This document shows positions 1 to 12,859 of a DNA stretch of 64,000 bases, piece after piece. The notes under the pieces were generated by a model. It ran no database searches. It had not been told where the DNA came from and saw nothing but the letters and a program-made list of their open reading frames with translations. The position numbers were made by a program, and so were the translations under genes. Location: contig NW_024704742.1 in assembly GCF_018977255.1 (NCBI RefSeq), forward strand, positions 109,556,001 through 109,620,000. Reading direction: 5' to 3'. Position 1 is the first letter of the stretch. The number at the start of each line of letters is the position of its first letter. The DNA comes from Callorhinchus milii (taxonomy: Eukaryota).

Positions 1-173
1 TTCAAATCCTACTTATTATGATGAATCTAAAATTGGAGACCATTTCATAGGAAATGTTAACTTAGAGATGCAATATGCAATTTCCTGCATTGCCTTTTGT
101 CAAGATTGTTACTTATTTATTTGTATATCATTGTTAAATCATCACTATGCATTTGTACTTTCAGGTATTGATA

Positions 174-298
174 ATGGAATGGGAAGGTGATTACCTATTG
201 GATCATTCCTGCTCAGATTGTTTCTTGGACACTTTACCAGGTGACCTGGATTTGGCGCTGGGTGACATTGAAGAGAGGTTGAAGGATAATGCTGCGTG
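174..298 (+). CDS. KIAA0825: KIAA0825 coding exon 1 (MEWEGDYLLDHSCSDCFLDTLPGDLDLALGDIEERLKDNAA)
   Basis: Acceptor tttcag ends at 164. ATG at 174 has strong Kozak context (ATAatgG). Donor TG|gtaggt, phase 2. Resembles the human N-terminus MDWDDEY...PGDL...DIDEKIEQNAA. Too short for the ORF track. Confidence 0.88.
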
Positions 299-338
299 GT
301 AGGTACTCTCTCATATGGAAACTTGTACTCAAATGATT

Positions 339-420
339 TAGAATCATAGAATCTTACAGCACAGAAGGAGACCATTCGTGCCTGTGCCGGCTCTTTCAAA
401 GAGCCAGCACAGGCACGATC
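339..420 (-). mobile_element. CR1-type LINE 3' tail fragment with fold-back inversion
   Basis: tagaatcatagaatc tail plus cagcacagaaggag.ccattc is the reverse complement of the CR1 3' end at 45200-45288. Confidence 0.75.
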
Positions 421-1159
421 CATGTTTTATTTGCGTTAGAGTAGCAGGTTATATAATTACATGGATAACCAAATTATTTCTTCCTCTTAAAGTAGGAAAT
501 TGTTCATTACATAATTAAAGGAACCTGCAATTCCCTCTGTACCCATGTATTTTACACATGGTGAATATTACACCAACAACAACAACAAGATTGCATTTAT
601 AGAGCGCCTTTCACGTCGGGAAGACACCTAGCTTTGCACACGGTTTCCACGTAGTACATAATAATTCAGAGTGTTCTATCCCATTGGTACATTCAAGAAA
701 ATTCTTTATTGAATATTTAGTACACAAACACCTTAATCATAATAATTACAATTTTGGTATCTGTAAAACATGCATCTTATATAATTTGATGAAGTGTTGA
801 TTATTTCAAACACAGATTAGATAATTTTCTTTTAGAAAATAACATTATGGGATATAGTACATAGGTAGTTTGGGACATATGTCCATGCAACCGCAAAAGT
901 GGAAGGTGAAGTAGATGGACCTTGGTCTTTTTTCTTCTAGTATTTCTTATGTTGTTATGATTAAATATATCAAATAGACAATCATTACAAATTTCCACTG
1001 TGAGCATTGATAGAACTCTGAAACTCACAGAAACATCCATTTACACCAAGTGAAAAATTGCATAGTGTCTAACCACCGGCTTTTAAACCAAGGTCTAAAT
1101 AAATTGTGAAAATAGTACAGGTCTTCGTTTAAAAGCAAAGTTCCACCAGAGTAAAATAA

Positions 1160-2450
1160 AATAACAACAAAATTATATTTGTAAAGCACCTTTCACATCC
1201 GCAGGACGTCCCAAGGTGCTGGACAGTTAGTGTTTCGAACCCGAACTGGGGGTTGGAAATGGGGAGAGTGGAGGGCAGGGGAGGAAGGAGGGTGATCGAA
1301 GGTACGGTCGAAGGAGGGTCTTGAGATGGGTCTTGAAGGCGGAAAGGGAGAGGTGAGGCAAAGGGACTGTGGCATGGAGTTCCAGAGGGTGGGAGCAGAC
1401 TGGCTGAAGGCCCACTCACCAATGGTGGCGTGGGTGAGGCGAACGGGCAGGTTGGTAGGGGTTTCGGAGGTCCCAGAGGTGGGGGTGAGCGAGGCCATGG
1501 AGGGCTTTGAAGGTGAGGACCAGGATCTTGAACTGTATCCTCTGTGTGATGGGAAGTTAGTGGAGTTGGGCGAGGATGGGGGTGATAGTGTCACAGAGCC
1601 TAGTGCGGGAGAGGACACGGGCTACAGAGTTCTGGATGATCTGCAGTTTATGGAGGAAGTGTGCATCCTTGGATGATGATGATGTGGAGGCGATGACAGG
1701 AGCCAATCAGGAGGGCCTCGGTCTTGTTGACGTTCAACTGAAGAAAGTGAGCTCTCTTCCAGGACTTGATGTCTGACAGATATTCTGTCAGGACAGCAGT
1801 GGTCCTGGAGTCAAGGATGGAGGCAGAGAGATACAGTTGGGTGTCATCTGCATACATGTGGAACTTGATCCTACGTCTGCAGATGATGTCACCAAGCGGG
1901 AGCATATAGATGTTGAAGAGGAGGGGACCAAGGACAGAGCCCTGAGGAACGCCGCATGTGATGGTGCAGGAGCAAGAGGAGAAACTGTTTGTGGAGAAGA
2001 AGTGGAGATAATAATAATAATAATCCTTGCATTTGATATAGCACTTTTCACGTCTTCTAGACGTCTCAAAGTGCTTCACAGAATATACTGTAAAGTGAAT
2101 TGACTGTATATTTGTGGGCGAATGCGGTAGCCAATTGCGCACAGCAGTGTTCCACAAACAGTCGTAGATTGAAAATGAACAATTTATTATTGTTTTGTTT
2201 TTTTGGAGGGATTATAATAATAATAATAATCCTTGCATTTGATATAGCGCTTTTCACGTCGGGAGGACGTCCCAAAGCGCTTCACAGAACACACTAAAGC
2301 GAATTGACTGTATATTTGTGGGCGAACAAATTTGTGGGTGAATTGACTGTATATTTGTGGGTGAACGAAGAGATGGTGTGAGATGTAGGATCTGAACCAT
2401 TCAAGGACAGAACCATGAAGGTTGAGGTGAGAGGAGAGGTGGTGGATGAG
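1160..2450 (-). mobile_element. L2-clade LINE fragments (3' end plus RT segment), interrupted by SINEs
   Basis: (AAC)n tail near 1162. The minus-strand frame gives [18 protein letters not shown]...[13 protein letters not shown] (RT motifs). The LINE resumes near 2370. Confidence 0.9.
2008..2368 (-). mobile_element. Two tandem headless copies of the tRNA-derived SINE
   Basis: (AAT)n-ccttgcatttgatatagc tails at ~2008 and ~2212; the second copy has an internal short duplication at 2300-2368. Confidence 0.85.
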
Positions 2451-2959
2451 GATAAAATAATATCTGCTCCAAATTTTAACTAGGAAGACTTTTATATTTC
2501 TAATCCTATAACTGTGAACACTAAACTTAAACATTGTACATAGTACCTAAACTGAAGAAAATTAAATGTAATTGACATAAAATTAAACTTAATAAACACA
2601 CAAAATAAAATTTCCAAAACTCACCCTGGCTCTGCTCAGACTCCCAAACCCGTCAAAAAAAAATCCACAGCAAACTCAGCACTTACTAACTAATTAATAA
2701 TAATAATACGGTAACTTGACCCTAGCTTAGCTTGTTACTACCTCTTAAGTCATTATGCTATCAATATTCTGGCTGCATTTATTTATGTATTTAGACATAT
2801 GACTAACTCACCACTCTGGATAACTTGTCATTGAGTGACAAGTTATCAGGAATTGACTGTAATCCTTATATTTATTTAGTGCCTTTCACAGGATTTTACT
2901 CTAAAATGCAGAGACTGTGGATTTTGTGGCAAATCCGGAAGCCGATTTATACGCAGCAA

Positions 2960-3135
2960 CATACTACAAACAGCCATAAAGTGAATGGTCAATCTTATTT
3001 GGGGAATTGTTGGCTAGGATACTGGGAGTATCTCCCTTCTCTTTTTAAATAGTGCTATGGGATGTTTAACATGCACTTGAACAGGCAGGCATGTCCTCAG
3101 TTTAATGTTTCAGCTGAAGGACGGCGCTTCCTGAT
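2960..3135 (-). mobile_element. Old Deu-domain SINE relic (SacSINE1-like)
   Basis: aaatagtgctatgggatgtttaacatgcacttgaacaggcag...tcagtttaatgtttcagctgaaggacggc matches the reverse complement of the recalled Deu domain. Confidence 0.7.
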
Positions 3136-5419
3136 GGACACCTTTACTTTGTGTACACCAGCTCTGGACTGGAAGTGACATCAGAAAGGACATTTTTACA
3201 ATTCCCTCCCCTTTTTTAATCCAGTCTACAACTTTAGTAATGCCCACTTGCAGAAGAAATCCCCATGTTCATTGACCAGAATATTGTGGTTAATTCTGCA
3301 AATATTTTACTTACATGATGGAACTGTGACATTCACCTGCCAAATTGCCTTATAAATGTGAGAAAACAAATTACAAAATCCTTTGCTTCTGTAAATAATG
3401 AAACCTATTTATGGACCAGAGTCATTAACTAGCATTCACATGTCAGAGATTTACCTAAAGACTCCTTCCCAGTTGAAACAGATTATGATGGATTGACAAA
3501 TCAAATCCTTCCTATTTGAAATACTGTAATCCATTACATCTCATCTAATCAGATGCTTCTGGCTGACTGTGATAAAGATCTTTGACAAAATGTTTTGGGA
3601 CCAGGGTTTACAGCCGTGGAATCTTGTTTCACATTGCTGGAAACTTATAGTAGGTGGGAAGCTGCAGACCAACTTTGTCTCACTGAACAGTGTCAGTCAT
3701 TGTCAGAGGGCTATCCTACAACTTAGCAGTAAGTCACCAATTAGACCACAGGCAGTGGTCTTACTTTTCATTGCATCCATTTGCTTTACAGAAAAGGGTC
3801 TTTGATTCTGAGAAAGTATTGATTTCAGTGCACTTTATTTTGAACTTGTTGAAGTGTCTTTTAAAGAGATCTTACTTCAACATTTTAAATGGTGCATTAT
3901 GAAACCCACCTGTGGCTAATTCATTTTGACAGATTACTTTGTATAATCTCAGCAGGTAACTAATCAATGGCTTTTACTTTAGTCATTTGAATTGTTATAT
4001 AATGTCCAGCCTCTTTTTTTAAAGTTTAAATAGTTAGTCACGTATGCTTTTACATATTCTTTTACACATGTGCCACAAAATCACCACGGAGATTTAGGAG
4101 AAAATTTATACTAAAGTTAGTTTTGTTTGAATTGAAAATATTCCTAGACAAAATGACANTTTTTTTAAAAGTAAAACATTCACACCTGAAGTCACTTCTT
4201 TCCCCCTCTCTAATTTTAATTTCTTATCTGAAGACGCTGACTCACACTGCAGCTCCATGTGTGTGGGGTGTCAGGTGTCATCTGGGTGTCTCATGGTGTT
4301 CAAGTCCAGACAGCAAGTGTCAGCAGTTTGTTTGAACATGTGGTTATAAATAGACCTTTGTGTTCTTCACAAATACAAAATAATATGAAATAAAATGAAA
4401 AACAATGTATTGAACTAAATAAATCTTAAAAATCCTTATAAAACATACACAGGAAGAAAGCTGAATACAATAGATAGAAGACCAAAGAGAGAGTGTGTTT
4501 CATAGAGCAGGCGAGGGAGCGAGGTCACAGGTTGGGAGGGGGTGGGGGGGCGCTTGCCTACTCCCTCAAGCCAGCAACCCGGCACTGGGACCAACATTAC
4601 AGTGGACCTTGTCATGTGGATGAGGTGAGTGAACCTTTTACTTTGAGGATATTCATGTACATTTGTGGAATTTTTGCACTTGTTACAAATTACAAGTTGT
4701 TTCCATTGTTACAAAACTGCATTTTTTAAAATATATTTTGGATACTGGAGTGAGAAAAACTCAGGGACAAAAATATATTACACGCCCGTCACTCTTAATC
4801 CTGCCTTTGTCTGTTATGGCTTTCAACATCCTCATTCATTTTAAGAGAACCTTTGCAGAAATAATTTTCACATAATTTCTAACACTCATTGGCCAATGCA
4901 CTGTCTGGGAATATTGGAAATATAAATAATATACAGTATATTTCATACTTATTAAGTTATATCAATTCAGGTGTGACATTGTCTTCCCCCTCCACAAATA
5001 AATTAAAAAATTCTCTGCCCACCCTGCTTCCTAGGCTTCTGACGTATAATAAATGCAGCGTTTTGACCCCAAATACAATTAGTTTTAACACTGACTCATC
5101 CTGCTATTATTTTTTTAAGAGCTGTGTGACGTGATTTGATTAAAAAAAGTAGATATTCAAATTACTCATTGTATAGAGATAATCCCTGTTATGCTTAACT
5201 TATCGCTATTATTTCTGCCCAACAGTTGAGAACTTAATTTGAATGGTGCTTCCATTTTGTTTGTGTATTAAGTTATGGATTTAAATATAAATTAGCTCCA
5301 TGACTAACTGGTGAATTAAGTTGCATCTGGTCCTAAGAAGGTCCCTTAAATATAATACTTAAATTCTTTTTTTACAATTGGCCATAAATGAGATGCAACT
5401 GTATAGGACATAATGGAGA

Positions 5420-5940
5420 GTCGAAACATAGAAATTGACAGCAAAGGAGGCCATTCAACCCATTGAGTCTGCAGCGGCAAACAGAACAAGGAGAACATCT
5501 CAATCCCACCACCCCACCCAAGCCCCTTACCCCTTCAAGCCCCTCTCCTTTTATATTCCTGTCTACTTCCCTACTGAAAGCTACAATGGACTGCGCCTCT
5601 GCCACCCTACTCGGCAGGGCATTCTGCATCTCAACAACTCTGCTGTTCATCTTAAGTTCTTCTTTTGCTGTTCTTGTGATTATCATAACTATGTCCCCTA
5701 GTCACTGACTCCCCTATCAATGAAATGGCTTCTCCCTATTTATCCTGACAAAACTCCTCATAATTTTGTACACCTATTTTCCCCCCTCAACTTTCTCAGC
5801 CCCAATGAAAACAACCCAACCTCTCCAATCTCTCCTTATAACTATAGCCCTTCATCCCCAGAATAATTCCCTTAAACCTCTTCTGCACCCTTCCAAGACC
5901 TTACATCTTTCTTGAGGTACCCAAAACTGAACTCAGTTAT
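5420..5940 (-). mobile_element. CR1-type LINE 3' fragment
   Basis: aaacatagaaa tail and ggaggccattcaaccc; minus frame ...NALPSRVAEAQSIVAFSREVD resembles the CR1 ORF2 C-terminus. Confidence 0.8.
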
Positions 5941-7974
5941 GTAAACCTCACGTTATTGTTTGGCTTTTGAAAACGTTTGTGGTACAACCCCCAGACAATT
6001 CTGAATTAACTAGTTTTAACTGAAGCAGAAGTCAAAGTTCTAAAAGTAAAAACTGGCTAGAGCGGAGAAAATTCCGCCAACATTTCTGCTCCTGATCACA
6101 ACCCAGTGCTGGAATATATATACAGTATATGTGATTTACATAGAGTATTAACTCATAAGTTTTCTCCGGTACTCTAGCAAACAATCCTCCAGAATAATTG
6201 GTTATTCACCTTATGCTTCTTTGGGTAAATAGCTGCAGTGTTTGGCTACAAAAACAGTAACTACACATTCCAAAAATTACTTGTGAAGTGGTTTGAGACA
6301 TTTGGATTTAATAAGACATACAAATGCAAGTTCCTTCTTCTTATACTTGATTTTGATAACAATGATGCGCCTATTTTTTAATAAATTCTGCAATTCTTTT
6401 TAGTTTAATAAAAATTCTGTACTCAAGCTATTTTGGGATGATGCCTTCTGTCAGTAAGAAGTTGGAAATTGGGGGGAAAAAAAAGATAGGATAAGTTGAT
6501 ATTAAAGTTGTTAAGTTTATATTATGTCAAGATAATTGTATATTTGTATTTACAGGCAAACATTTATGGAGCCTTATGGCATCTAATTAAGTAATTCGAA
6601 ACTGACAACACATCTCCCTTCTACCTGCAAATTTTCTCTCTCTCTCTTTCTCTTAAATAGTGTTTTTTGCATACATAAGCTGTTATTTTATTCCTCTTTT
6701 CAAAACTTTTCTACTTTAGCCCTCTTCTCCAGAAGACTGTGACTTAAGCAGGTATATGGGTTCATTGGTGTGGGCTGCTTGCTAGTATTTTTCCCCAATG
6801 GCTTTTTTAGATCTGTAAGCTTGGCAACTGAGTGAAGTGGACAATTAATTTGTGGGGTGGATCAAATATTATTCTTTAATACCTGGTATAATTCTAGTCA
6901 ATCTAACATATACGCCCCTCCATGTATAATAAGCTTTCTTTAACTGGGATACTCGAAACTACGATACAGCTTCAGACTAACTAATGTCTTGTACACATAG
7001 ATTATCACTTCTTTGTGTTTAGTACCTCTCTGAATAAAACTTAGCATCTCATTTGCCCATATTTTTTTCCCATCTTCAATCTTGCTATTAAAGGCCTGTG
7101 TATATCATTAGAGTAATATTATAGTATAAGAATGGTAATATTATGTAGGCTAAGTTTGCCATTTTGTGACGGAATACCAACCCCATCTGTTGCAATTGTT
7201 CAATAGAACTGAATATTCAGTTGGATGCATTTTCAAAGTTACATAAGCTAAATTACATCCTTACATATTCAAAATAGATAACAGCAGTAGAGCAAACCTT
7301 CAAATAGGTTGGAATTCCTGCACAACAGCCAATAGAGTTTGTTTCTGTTTCACTCTGTTTATATTGGCGATTGGCACAAAATCCTAACCCCCTCTCTGAC
7401 TCAGAGAAATGCATCAGTTGGGGTATTAGACGGGTGTTTGCTTTTAGCCTTTCCCCTTACTAAATACAGGAACTTTCAGTTGTATATGTTAACCTCCAGA
7501 TCCTGATTAATTAACTGACTTGGACTTGAAATTCCAAGAAAGAATGACTCCATTCTTTCTAGCAATTTCAAGAGCAAGTCATTTAATTAAAGGTCTGTTC
7601 TTTCTCAGTGGAATTATAAGCAGCAGAAGTATTGATATTAATCTGGTAGTTATTTCAGTTAAAACAACATAGTTTAAAAAGAAAATATATTGTACAACAG
7701 CTTACCAGACCATCTATTTGAAGCTCCAATTAGTCACTGGATGTTGTGATGTACTTTCTCATGAAATCAACTCATTGTGTCTCGAAGAGCACAGCCCAAG
7801 TGTTTGCAGGTTCTAATGTAATCAATGTAAATCAAGTTTTACTATATTAATTACTTTATTAAAAGTTTTAATTCAGTGGCACTAAGTTGGTAACACTCTG
7901 TCTAAGAGGGTTTTTGGTAGTTTATAATCTAAACTGATTTTCCAGTGCAGCACTGAGGGAATATAATTAATAAT

Positions 7975-8330
7975 GTTTGCATTTAATATAGCACCATTCA
8001 CAATTGGTGAATATCTAAAAGCACTTCACAAGATTTACTGTGTATTGTAGGTGAACATGGCAGCCAATTTGTGCAGAGCAATGTCCTACAAACAGTCATT
8101 TGGGGGATTGTTCGCCAGGATTTCCCTTCTCTCTTCAAATAGTGCCATGGGATCTTTAGCATTCCACCTGCATAGGCATATTGAACTTTGGTTTAGGTCT
8201 CATCTGTATCAACAATGCAGCACACCCTCAACACTGCATTAGAGTGTGAGTTCAAAGTCCTGACGTAGAGCTTGAATCCACAATCTTCTGGTGAAGAGGG
8301 TTAGAGTGCTATCGACTGAGATAGGCTGAT
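7975..8330 (-). mobile_element. Near full-length degraded Deu-domain SINE
   Basis: L2-like tail (ttgcatttaatatagc), ggcagccaatttgtgca body, Deu core ttcaaatagtgccatgggatcttt, and a tRNA-like head remnant (cttgaatcc...agagtgcta..actgag). Confidence 0.75.
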
Positions 8331-8334
8331 GCAC

Positions 8335-8625
8335 ATAGTGTGCTGTTCCGCATTGCAATGCTCATTCTTGAAGGCGCCATCATTTGGTGAAGTGTTAAAT
8401 TGAAGATGCTTCAGGTGAATATTAAAGATCCTTCTGGCACTATTTTAAAGAAGCACATGAATTCTCATAATTTGGCTAATGCCCCTCTGATTAATTTGGC
8501 AATCATTGTTGATATGGCATGTTGTGGTATTTGTCCATATAACGGCCAATGTGCTTCAAAATAATTGATTGTGTGAAGGGCAGTTTGAAACATTTTGGTG
8601 TGCTAAGATGCTATATCAAACATAA
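8335..8625 (+). mobile_element. Degraded Deu-domain SINE, opposite orientation
   Basis: ggcgccatc.tttggtgaagtgttaaattga...tcaggtgaatattaaagatcc..tggcactatttt, followed by a tail (tttgaaacat...gatgctatatcaaa). Confidence 0.65.
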
Positions 8626-9028
8626 ATAGCATTATTTTATTTTCAAATGTTAAATTGGGTATGTAAACAGTTTCATTGTTTAAAAAATAAAAGGTACCTT
8701 TTTTTAAAATGCAGAATTGATTAGGGATTTCTCTTTTTCTCACTTCTGAAAAAGCAGTCTAGAGAATTAATTAGCATTTTTATAGCAGATTGGAACTGGA
8801 GGGATTATGCTTTTAACATACTCATATCCATGCTAAAACATATAGTATTAACTGTGTGGTTAATTAAGCCAATTAATATAGTTGATTTTTACCCTGTAAG
8901 TTATCAAAATACATGGTAGAATGTTATATTACAAAATATATTTGAAGGGCAATGCTAGTATAGACAGAAGTATTTCAAATGTAAGATTCCTACCTCCTTG
9001 TCTCAGCATTTGGTTGACAAGTATTTGT

Positions 9029-9343
9029 GGAGCCCTGTAGCTCAGTGGTTAGAGCACTTGCCTTGCAAGCGAGACACCTGGGTTCAATTCCATGCAGGGC
9101 GAAACCTTGGGCAAGTTTCCTTACTCCACATGCCTAATAATAATCCCTCACAAAACAAAAATAAATTGATAATTTCAATCCACGACTATTTGTGGGACAC
9201 TGCTGTGAGCAATTGGCTGCCGCGTTTTGCCCACAAATATACGGTCAATTCACTTTATAGTCTATTCTGTCAAGCGCTTTGAGACATCGAGAAGACGTGA
9301 AAAGCGCTATATCAAATGCAAGGATTATTATATTATTATTATT
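9029..9343 (+). mobile_element. tRNA-derived SINE, full length, short variant
   Basis: A box TAGCTCAGTGG, B box GGTTCAATTCC, ccttgggcaagt body, L2-like tail, (ATT)n end. Confidence 0.92.
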
Positions 9344-10204
9344 AAATATTCCCACCATTAAGGATTATATAATAAGATGCTCTGTAGAGCACATGTAGAC
9401 TGAGATTTCAGAGCAAACGTAGACTGCCAAAGCTAATGTGTTCATTCCATTGAGGTCAGGTCAGGATCCTTGCAGAGTATGGCTGCTAGCCACCTTCAAG
9501 TTGTGCAGAGTTGGTCCCTTTATAGACTAAGCAGGAGCCTTCTTTTCTCTTTTTAAATCAGTCTCCACTAAATTTAGTGTTGGTTAGTAGTGAGCACAGT
9601 AAAACTCTCGAAACAGACCCAATTACACGTCACTCATTGGCGCCTCCCAGGCATGCTCTGCAAGGGTCCACTCAAATGGAGCACGTCTGCTTCGTATTCT
9701 CTTCCCTGAAATGCCAGCCTTGGGGGATGTCAATAAAATGACAGTATTCCCACAAAATCTTTAATGAAGTAATTAACATTTTTGTTGTTTTCCTCTTGGA
9801 TACAGTGTAGGTTCAATTTATGAAACTCTAGGGTATATATAAAACTTGTGCTTAGTTACTTTAAAAAAAAGTTTTTAGAAAGTGCACCCCCATTTTAAAT
9901 TATTGGGTAAAACTTTCTTAAATATCAATGTCAGAAAATGTTAGTTTTTTTAAATTAGTGATTTAGTGTTTCTACATTTTGCTTAGACTTTATGAATAGC
10001 ACAACTGTAATTGACGATAACTTTTGTATCTCTTAGAAATTTTAGGTGTTTTCATAGAATTATACAGCACAGAAGGAGGCTATTCGGCCCATCATATCTT
10101 GTGCCGGCTCAGGAAATGATTCAACTTACTCTTCGTATCAATGATATAGTCACCCTGGCTCAACTATCACAGTCTAATATTGGGTGTTGACACACAGTTT
10201 TCTT

Positions 10205-10677
10205 TTAGTGTCTTCTCCCGCACTAGGCTCCGCGACCCTATCACCCCCATCCTTGCCTCAAGATCCTTGTCCTCACCTTCAAAGCCCGCCACGGCTTTGC
10301 TCCCCCCTACCTCTCCGACCTCCGAACCTTCTGACATCCTGTTCGCTCCCTCCGCTCAGTAGGCTCTGGCCTGCTTCACGTCCCCCCCCTCGCTTGCCCC
10401 ACTATTGGCGGGCGGGCCTTCTGCCACTCTGCCCCCACCCTCTGGAACTCCATCCCACAATCCCTCCGTCTCGACCCCTCCCTCGCTACCTTCAAGACCC
10501 ACCTCAAGACCCTCCTTTTCGACCGTGCTTTTGATCTCTCTGCTTACCCCCCTGCCCTCCACCCTCTCCCACCCCGACCCCCAGCTCGGGTCCCATAACT
10601 CTGTCTGTTCCAGCTCCTTGGGATGTCCTCCCGACGTGAAAGGCGCTATACAAATGTAATTTTGCTGTTGTTGTTGC
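10205..10677 (+). mobile_element. L2 LINE 3' fragment
   Basis: ORF2 C-terminal sequence plus gggatgtcctcccgacgtgaaaggcgctata and a (GTT)n tail. Confidence 0.88.
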
Positions 10678-11349
10678 ATTGGAATGTGCTGGTGTGCCAT
10701 CGAATATGCCTATGGCAGGTTGAGAAGGGTGTTACCATAGATTGAGTGTTGGCATACTGCTCTTTATCTCTCAAGAATTTTCTCGTCCCATTTCTCTTCT
10801 TCCCGTTCCAATATCTGCAGTTTACCACAACCTGAATCCACTACTGTTATTTGAGCCAAAGTGATAGTCCTTGTCCTGTTGTACGTGGTTAGGTTATGGT
10901 GCTGACGTATGTGGTACAATTGATTTTTCAGTCTATAGGGAACCATGGATGGGTGGCAAAGGACAAATTTCTGAGGCATTTTTGACTCCTAAAGAAAACA
11001 AATGTAAAACATCTCTGTTGTCTTCTTCTAATGTATTTTCATAAGAACAATTTAGGGGTGTGTGTATTTGATTGTTGTTTGCTACATCAAATATTTTGGA
11101 ACATTGTCAGCAGTAAGCTGCTTCACAGCAACAATGTTTCCCTCATGTCAACCTTTTTGTACTAAAATGGCTGTGATTCATTGAGTCACTTCCTACTTTG
11201 TTGGTCTTGTAGATTGCTGTGTGCAAACTGGCTGCCACAGGGTGATCGTAGTTGTACAAGCAGGAGAAGCTTACCAGTGCCTTGTACGAGTAAACTACGA
11301 TATGGATAGTTTTATCTCTAATACCTTGGCTTCTGCTAACTTTTATTTT

Positions 11350-12040
11350 TAACAACAATAACAAATCACATTTATATAGCGCCTTTCACCTCAGGAGGAC
11401 ATCCTAAGGCGTTGGACAGTCAGGGATCTGCACCCGTGCTGGTGGTTGGGATCAGGAGGGGTGGAGGGTGGGTGGAGAGGGGTAGGAGGGTGACCGAAGG
11501 CACGGTCAAAGAGGAAGGTCTTGAGATGGGTCCTGAAGGATGCAAGGGAGGAGGCGAGACGAAGGTACTGTAGGATGGAGTTCCAGAGGGTGGGGACAGA
11601 GAGCTGAAGGCCCGCCTGCCAATGATGGGGTGGGCAAGGTGGGGGACATGAAGCAGGCTGGTGCCCGCTGAGCAGAGGAACCGGACAGGTTGCTAGGGGG
11701 TTAGGAGATCACAGAGGGCCATAGAGGGCTTTGAAGGTGAAGACCAGAATCTTGAACTGTATCTGTGTGATGGGGAGCAAGTGAAGTTGGGCAAGGATGG
11801 GGGTTATAGGGTCACGGAGCCTGGTGAGGGAGAGGACATGGGCTGCAGAATTCGGGATGATCTGCAGCCTGTTGAGGATGAGTTGGGGAGACTAACAAGC
11901 GGGAGTTTGCTTAGTTGAGCCTGGATGAACGCATGGATGAGGGTCTTGCCGGCCTGCGATGTGAGACAGTGGTGGAGCTGGGCAATGGTGCAGAGGTGGG
12001 GAAAGGCGGAGCAGGTCATGGCACAGATGTGGGATATTTG
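11350..12040 (-). mobile_element. L2 LINE 3' fragment
   Basis: (AAC)n tail at 11351; reverse-complement similarity to the other L2 copies. Confidence 0.88.
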
Positions 12041-12270
12041 CAAGTATAAATACAGGTTATATGTCAAGCAGGTTATATATCTGTTCCCTGGTGGATAGAT
12101 GAAGCATTCCAGAAATACTTAGTAGAATCTTTGTGTTTGTTCATTCATAACAACAACAAAATTACATTTGTATAGCGCCTTTCACACTGTCATAATATCT
12201 AGAACCAGAAGCACTTCAAAGAACTAAAGAAATTTTTAGCAGTGTGTCGGTGCTCTCTTTTATATAACAT

Positions 12271-12627
12271 ATAATAATACTTGCATTTGATTTAGCGCTT
12301 TTCACATCTTCTAGCGTCTCAAAGCACTTCACAGAATATACTGTGAAGTGAATTGACTGTATATTTGTGGGCAAAACACGGCAGCCAATTGTGCACAGCA
12401 GTGTCTCACAAACTGTCGTGGATTGAATGACCAAATTATTATTTTTTTGAGGGATTATTATCCTCACCAGTTGACTAACAACCGGGTTCGTACTTACTGC
12501 ACTTACTGCTAGGTAAACAGAGGCGTGTGGAGTAAGGAAACTTGCCCAGCGTTTTGCCCAGCCGGGAATCAAATCTAAGCCTCTCGCCTGCGAGGCGAGT
12601 GCTCTAAAAACTGAGCTACAGGACTCC
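12271..12627 (-). mobile_element. tRNA-derived SINE, full length, long variant
   Basis: Head ends ctgagctacaggactcc; retains the central gcctctgtttacctagcagtaagt segment; L2-like tail. Confidence 0.9.
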
Positions 12628-12859
12628 ACGAGCAATTCAAATTGGTGAAAGGTTCTAGCACATCTCAGAGCACTGGCTGACTAAACCAAAAAGTTCTCTT
12701 TCTTTGCCTCTTAGTTGATTATAATAATCACATTTAAAATGTTCTGTTATCAAATGCAAGGATTATTATTATCAGTGTTAATAACATATTATTTGATTTG
12801 TTTCCTATGTTCCCCCCATTTCAAATGCAGGAATTATTATTATTATTATTGTCTTTCAG

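Noticed and set aside
4159..4159. Ambiguous base N
   Set aside because: Assembly uncertainty next to a T-run; not biological.
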